DNA of 39,619 nucleotides from Dimargaris cristalligena (Eukaryota): NCBI GenBank assembly GCA_003614675.1, contig ML002349.1, positions 1 to 39,619 of the forward strand, read 5' to 3'. Shown piece by piece: positions 33,401 to 39,619 of this stretch (position 1 is its first letter; each line of letters starts with the position of its first letter). The notes under the pieces were generated by a model. It saw only the letters and a program-made list of their open reading frames with translations, ran no database searches and was not told where the DNA came from. The position numbers and the translations under genes were made by a program.

Positions 33401-34773
33401 TACTATTATTGATATGGTTTATGTAGCTGTGGAACCTGGAAAACCCCAGTCAGGCCACCTGCGTGTCTACACTGGGTGACCATAGGGGCGATGTCTACAG
33501 CGTATCTTACCACCCCCTAAATGTAAGTCGAATGTCTGCTATTGTGCCTCTCGGTCGCCCTTGCCCCACCTCTACTCTCTTGGTCGACTCCGAAAAAGAA
33601 CCGACCCCTGTGGTTCATTCAATGGCTAACCATTGTGAATGTTAACCTTGGACCACCCTAACTAACCCTTCACTCTATCTTTGATTTTACTGTTCCTACC
33701 CCCCATAGACTCACATTACCACTGGAGGTTATGATAAAATAATCCGCCTATTTGATACTCATACCGGGACCTTGGTCAAATCGTTTGGTGGACACGATTT
33801 GTCAGTGTCACAAGTATCCTTCAACCCCTTGGGTAACCTTATTGTTAGCGGGTAAGTTTAGAACAAAAAGCTGATGGGGGTGTTCATTAGTATCGAACCA
33901 CGGACTTTCTAAATGTATTCAATCAGGTTCAAAGGAGACCTGTTATTATCAGGGTTTGGTGCTATTTCGGGAGTATATCCTCTTACCTTTGAACCAGCCA
34001 TGTAATGGCATCTGATATACATTTAGGCAACACCACTTCGGTATTTATAATTATAAGTATATTCTAATTTTGTGACCTGCCCATAGATCCAAGGACAAAA
34101 CCATCAAGTTTTGGGATATCCTATCGGGAATCTGTATCAAAACCATATCGGTCCACCTGGGGGAAGTCACGAGTGTAACCATGAACACCAATGGATCCCT
34201 ATTACTTTCCAGCTCCAAGGACAACTCGACTCGCCTCTGGGACGTTCGGATGATGAAACCCATCCAGAAATTCAAAGGGCACCAGAACATCGCCAAGAAT
34301 TTCATTCGCTCTGGCTTCGCCCATAATTCACTAGTTATCAGTGGTTCGGAGGTAAAGTTGATTAGTTCACTCTCTCCAATTTCTTTTTGTATTTCCATGT
34401 ATATACACTACTGGGATATGCTAGAGAAAAACATAGTTCATAGTTAATTATCCCTTCACATGGGCACATCACCTTCGTATATTCCAGGTGCTTATGTACC
34501 CAAGGCAGTCCATCTAACCCTTATATCCACCAATCTACACCACTTATGGTATGGTTCTTACCTTTTCCGACCCGATGGGTTAATATAATATAGGACGGCA
34601 TCGTGTACCTCTGGGACCAGGACTCCGGCTCAATTGTCCAACGTCTAGCGGCCCACCAAGGCACTGCCTACAGTGCCGCCTGGAGTAACAAACGGGGTCT
34701 CCTATGTAGTTGTAGCGACGATAGCACCGTAAAGACTTGGAACTATGATGCCGCAAAGCCCTTAGTGGCTTAA
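30408..34773 (+). CDS. LisH-CTLH-WD40 repeat protein, about 589 aa, 13 exons: 30408-30535, 30773-30875, 31106-31250, 31498-31622, 31856-32004, 32165-32223, 32381-32486, 32688-32816, 33079-33220, 33427-33522, 33709-33851, 34087-34351, 34594-34773
   Basis: Manual splicing keeps frame throughout. LisH DMLRMIVQFLGDEGY, CTLH LKKAILDGEWTEVEKL, PPHRLMTLMKQAAAYQ, then seven GH...WD-type repeats. Exons 1-2 are less certain. Confidence 0.9.
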
Positions 34774-35976
34774 ACCCAGCACCAATCTCCTTTCCACGCC
34801 ATTCACAATTTATAATATTACTGCCACGGGCATAACTGTAGTGTGATTGGTCTGACATTGCCCAAAGGTCCACCTACTATCATCACCAGCCCTTCTCCCA
34901 TTCCTATATCCTTTGGTCTATCGCATTTTGCACCACTTATTATGAATACCTCGAAATCGGTATTACACTGAACATTCAACTGAAAAGCTCTACTAATATA
35001 TTGAACGGTTCATCAATAAATATAAATATAAATATATATGATGTGCATTTTGATATTCTATAACACGACGGTTGATTAATAAACAGTCACTGGGATTATG
35101 AAGAAGTGAAGGGAACTAAAGAATCCCGATCGAAATGGCACTCAGACGGTTAATTGGGAACAATAGCCTGCCGATGGCGACATGGCAACTAAAAGAACCC
35201 CCCAGAACACGCGCACGTATATGTATACATAAATGTATATTTAAAAATAGAGGTAGGAAAGGGGGCGAAACGAAATTGAGTGTAATTAAATACTAAGATA
35301 AATCAACATGCGTATGAACGAATAAATTTGCCCGAGAACATAAACGAAATATTAAACCACAGAAAAGTACGGTGGAAGAAATCGAGGTACAGGGGATATA
35401 ACTAGCTAGAAGATAAACTAAGGATCCGCAATCATCACTATTAGGGCCAACTGGACACGTACATTAATAGTTTGGACCCTTGAAAAAGGGTAAAAGGAAG
35501 AGGGGGGATAATGGAAAGGGGGCTGGTTACTCAGATCCAGGCCCATGGAGAGAAAATCGAATCATAATGTAGTAAGGTAAAGAGATATTCGCATGAAGCT
35601 TCATGACGACCAGGTACATAGCATGGGAACAGCTGGTCAGAAGAGTATGACGAAGAAAATGGTGGTTTCGGCAATGAAATAGAAAGAATAGCACCACAGG
35701 CATACGTTTCAAGTAGATACGATTGAAAAGCCATCATCGTAGGGATCGAAGTTAGAAAAACAGCCAGAAATAAAAAGGTAAATAAAATGGTGGTTCACCA
35801 ACGAAGATGAAAGTAACTAAATATGTATGTATATGTGGGCAGAATAGCGAGCACGACTGTGCTGCCTCTAAAGCTACCAAATTCAAATATTAGTAATGGA
35901 CTGGAATGACTGGTATTGATAATAAAGAAGGAAATAGGCATAAACCACACCCATGGACTAAACCGGGGGAAGGGGA

Positions 35977-38900
35977 TCATACAAGCATGGCTCGTACTTG
36001 CTTTGGTGTCGATTCCTGGTTCAAGTTCTTGGTGCTATAACGAAGGGCATTCATTAAGTTTTCCGAGTGGGTATTCGGGTTCTTTTCAATAACTTGGATT
36101 ACAGACGGTACCTATGATTTGTCCGAAGATGCAAAAATTAACCAAAAACAAAATTATGGATAAGTGGAAAAATAGAAAAAGATATTCACTAGACATTTGT
36201 AAAATTGAGAAGTGAAGTGATAATCGATGGGTTGGCTAAGAGTTGCAATACTAGTATAGTATAAAACATGTGGATATATTAGGTCCGCCGATTCGACTTA
36301 CATTTATAGAGGAATTGCGCTGGAAGACACCATCCGGGAGAAGATGGTCATACAAAATTGTCGAAGCCACGATCACCCGCAGAGAGAATAGGGCACGCTC
36401 TCCGGTTTGGCCACTGATAGCCAGGATTCAAGGCAATTACCATTCAAACGGCACCAAAAAGAAATGATTTACAATTAATGTTAGTACATTTCCCAAACGA
36501 ACATGGGCTGGAGGACGTAGGGAATAATAAACAGATAAATGACCATACACCCAATCTATACTTTCATTGGTTGAGCTGTTAATTCGAGATGATATTTTGT
36601 TATTTAACTTACCCACTACGTGTCAGTGAATTGTAGCACACGGCCGAAAGACAGGCCAGTCCCTCGCAGACTAGATTGGCGTTTGACTCGTTCTAAGATG
36701 GTAAGACAAAATGGAATCGAGTGAAATAAGAGACCCTTACAGTTAGAAAGAGATAGGACAATGTTTGCTGATGTCCGTATAGGGTCTGACTAGACGATTA
36801 TTTACCCCGCAAATAATATAATGAAGAGATTCTCTACTAAGCATGATTCGCAGTAAAGGCGTGTTCTTGAAGTCTATAAGGAGACGCATTATGCATGATA
36901 CATACCTTATTTACGTAGGAGGTCAAGGAATCGGTCACCATACGCAGCATGGGGTTGGGGTAGGCGTAGAAGAGCGACATTTGATTGGTAATATCATCCG
37001 GAACAATGGAGTCGAGTAGTGTCGGCTGAGTAAGAACAAATGGCATAATCAAATATGGTGGGAGGTGAGGGATAATAGGAATAAGTAATGATTCAAAGAT
37101 GGGTTGTGGGCGGGACTACAGATAATCTTATTAAGTGCTATGACTGAATTACACTACCCAAGTATCCAAAGCACTATTAGGTAGAAATAGAATTCCAGCA
37201 CACCATTTCGGTGATTTTAGCAAATACTTACATTGGAAGTTTGCTTCAAGCGGTGCAAGGTCCTCCGGTAAAATGAAAAATCATTTTGGATTGACGGGTT
37301 GGACATCTGAGGAATATATGATGAATACATGGTTTAATCGGTAGATCCCCAAGTAAATATGTATATATTAAAAACAAAAAATTGTATGTAACTGATTAAA
37401 TACTGATTCGCGAAACCAAGCAGTCACGGAGATTAGTTCAAATAAGAAATCAAACGTGATAATCTGATAACCAATATTATTATTACGGTGGATTATTAGC
37501 CTACCTTCAGCTCATCGAAATCCATCGAAATGTTCAGGATGGAAGCTAGCATCCGAACCAACCGACCATGCTTAGTAAAACTCGAGGTTACGGATAGTGA
37601 CTCATCCGAGCACAGCGGGTGAATAAGATCGGGAATGATTTTCTCTGTGTAGGTTGGAAAGGAAATAAAGGGAGTGGACAAACATAAGTCAGAGAAGGAA
37701 AGGGAAGGATATGGTGGTTAATGCTAAAGTAAATAACAATAACAGGTGTAGTGCCCAGTGGATTTGGAAAGGTTAGGGTGATTGAAAAACCACAATGGCA
37801 ATATACAGTCTATCGAAAAAGCCAAAGAGACGTATTGGGAATGGATACTTACCGAGTTCGACGGAACATTCGAAAAATTGCCGTAGAACGCCGACCGACG
37901 GGGTAAGTTGCATCCAGGCGGAGTTTTCGTTGTCCGGGGTGGGGTTCGAGATGGCCTGAGATTAGTAAGAGAAACCAAACAATGATAGAAATATAGCCAC
38001 ATGAATTAAGACAAAAACCGAAGAGGTTTACTTGATTTAGAGTTTGGGTGGCAATAATAACCCGGATGTATTGTACTGAATACAACCTACCATTCGAATA
38101 GCATCGGTACATGGTGGGTATGAACGCAATTTTTGGATTAAAACGGCAGCATTTCTAATGGTCTGGACGGCGGTGGCATAGTTGGGGTGATCGCCATTTG
38201 AGTCCAAGGGGGCTACAAGTTTCCATGATGTTTGAAGTGGTTTAAAACGACCGTTGAGTTGGAGCACGTAATAAAACAAGCCGATGCAGAGGGATGCAGG
38301 TGAAATAGGGTATATAACAGCCAGACAAGACAAGTTGATATACAGTGAGTAGACGAGCAATATGGCGAGCAGTGGTGGGAATGAGAAGGGGAGAGTGTCA
38401 TTGAAGGCGTATAGGAATCGAGGGGGTAGCAGTGAGCAAATACAACAATAACAGAGCCAGAGGCGCATCAAACAGTGGGGCACAGGAATGTTTGAGACCG
38501 CCACAGAGCAATTAAAGGGTAGAAGGGGGGGCCAACAGCGAGGAATTCGTATAGAATGCGAAATAGTGCGAGTAGGACTAGCAGCTATATATAAATAGCC
38601 GGCGATAGCCCACATCAATTGCTTTAAACTCCCTGGAGGTGGAGGAGGGTCGGATGGAAAAAATATATATGGCTGAAGGCCAGCAGCCCAGTACAAGTAA
38701 TATTTAAGCATTGCTGATATCCCCCAATACTATAACTATCTTCCATCATGCAGCCAATATAAACAGACCCCACACACCATAGTATTGATGAGTAGGTAAG
38801 AGGTTAAACAGTAACCCAGATAGGTGTAACCAACCAACCCTTGGGACCCGGGTTCGGCTAAAATCCCCCATCTGGTCTTTCTAGATGGGGGAGGCTTCCC

Positions 38901-39034
38901 CCGGCTGGGCGGGAAACCTATAATTAGAGTTAGACACGCAACCTACCTTGCAAGTCCATGAGGAAGTCGCCGTAGGGACTGAAGCTAGAGCTCTCCCAGG
39001 CGACCGAGCGGAAGGCGGATAGTATGGCGCCCAT
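35977..39034 (-). CDS. CYRI: CYRI/FAM49 (DUF1394) Rac-interacting protein, 324 aa, 9 exons: 39034-38947, 38212-38091, 37955-37853, 37644-37505, 37306-37232, 37025-36906, 36692-36613, 36413-36302, 36111-35977
   Basis: Spliced product starts MGAILS and contains [49 protein letters not shown] and LMNALRYSTKNLN, which match hallmark FAM49 motifs. All introns are GT-AG. Confidence 0.95.
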
Positions 39035-39119
39035 GGTATAGGGGTGTATTGAGTGGTAGTGAAGGAGCGGGAATCAGATGAGTGGTAAAAGGAAGTGAGA
39101 GAATGTGTATATTAATAAT

Positions 39120-39547
39120 AAAAAAATGAAGAGCCTCTTACGTGTCGCAAACGAAGGAGCGAGTAAAGAGGGGGGAGTGGGAATAGAGAGAAAGAGAGAC
39201 TAGAGAATGGGTAAAGAATGGCGTAAGTTCATGGACAGCGACTGGCGCGGTTGAATAACGCGGGGCTACCGTAAGTAAGGAGAGTTTGAGGAAGACTGAT
39301 GGCGTGAATTTGGGAGGTATGTTTTTTTAAAAAAGAAACTAAGCAACAGAACGTGACATGAGGTTGTGGAGTGGAATGTGAAGCTCGCCTCAGATGGGAA
39401 GTAACAGGGTAGGTAGAAGAACGAGATGGGAAAGAGAGTAGAGTGGACGGTAGTGTTGAGCAAAGGAGTAGACGAAAACGAGAATGAGCGAGAGAGAGCG
39501 AGAGCCAACTCAGGGGGAAGCAGAGGAGCCGTGAAGAGCGAATTCAA
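39120..39547 (-). promoter_or_regulatory. Pyrimidine-rich 5' leader/promoter region of CYRI
   Basis: Strong G/A bias on the + strand (C/T on the transcribed strand) immediately upstream of the CYRI ATG. Confidence 0.4.
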
Positions 39548-39619
39548 ACTCAGTGGAGCATAACTGGGGGGGGGGGGGTGTTGTGGCCTGTAGCAGTGGT
39601 ACTTAGTTAACCACAGTAT

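Noticed and set aside
33814-33821. GTATCCTT resembling a U12-type 5' splice site
   Set aside because: Lies within an in-frame WD40 exon (VSF); all modelled introns are ordinary U2-type GT-AG.
38037-38711. 224-aa ORF as a standalone gene
   Set aside because: It is CYRI exon 2 plus open intronic sequence on both sides.
1-39619. tRNA, rRNA, snRNA, SECIS/selenoprotein and CRISPR signals
   Set aside because: GTTCRA hits are inside CDSs or lack a cloverleaf; ATACTTAC hits are reverse-strand splice donors; no in-frame TGA in conserved ORFs; no spaced repeat array. A covariance-model search would be needed to exclude snoRNAs.

Overview
Eukaryotic genomic DNA from a fungus, probably an early-diverging lineage. 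The evidence is short GT-AG introns with CTAAC branch sites and retention of CYRI/FAM49; placement in Zoopagomycota or Mucoromycota is an inference. The window has two compartments. (1) A gene-sparse, AT-richer accessory zone at about 1-8.5 kb and 14.5-20 kb holds five small, intronless genes for predicted secreted proteins. Three of these are paralogous 61-66 aa cationic, cysteine-free peptide precursors on roughly 2-3 kb duplicated segments, and two of them show signs of gene conversion. (2) Conserved genes: MSH6, a UPF0390/DUF2462 protein, HRD1, ATP11, a secreted GH16, OST2/DAD1, a 13-exon LisH-CTLH-WD40 protein and a 9-exon CYRI/FAM49 homolog. The most interesting observations are the candidate membrane-active peptide family, a SMARCAL1/UNG2-type RPA32-binding helix in front of the MSH6 PIP box, and a full-length fungal CYRI with intact Rac-binding arginines. 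No tRNA, rRNA, CRISPR array or recognisable transposon ORF was seen.
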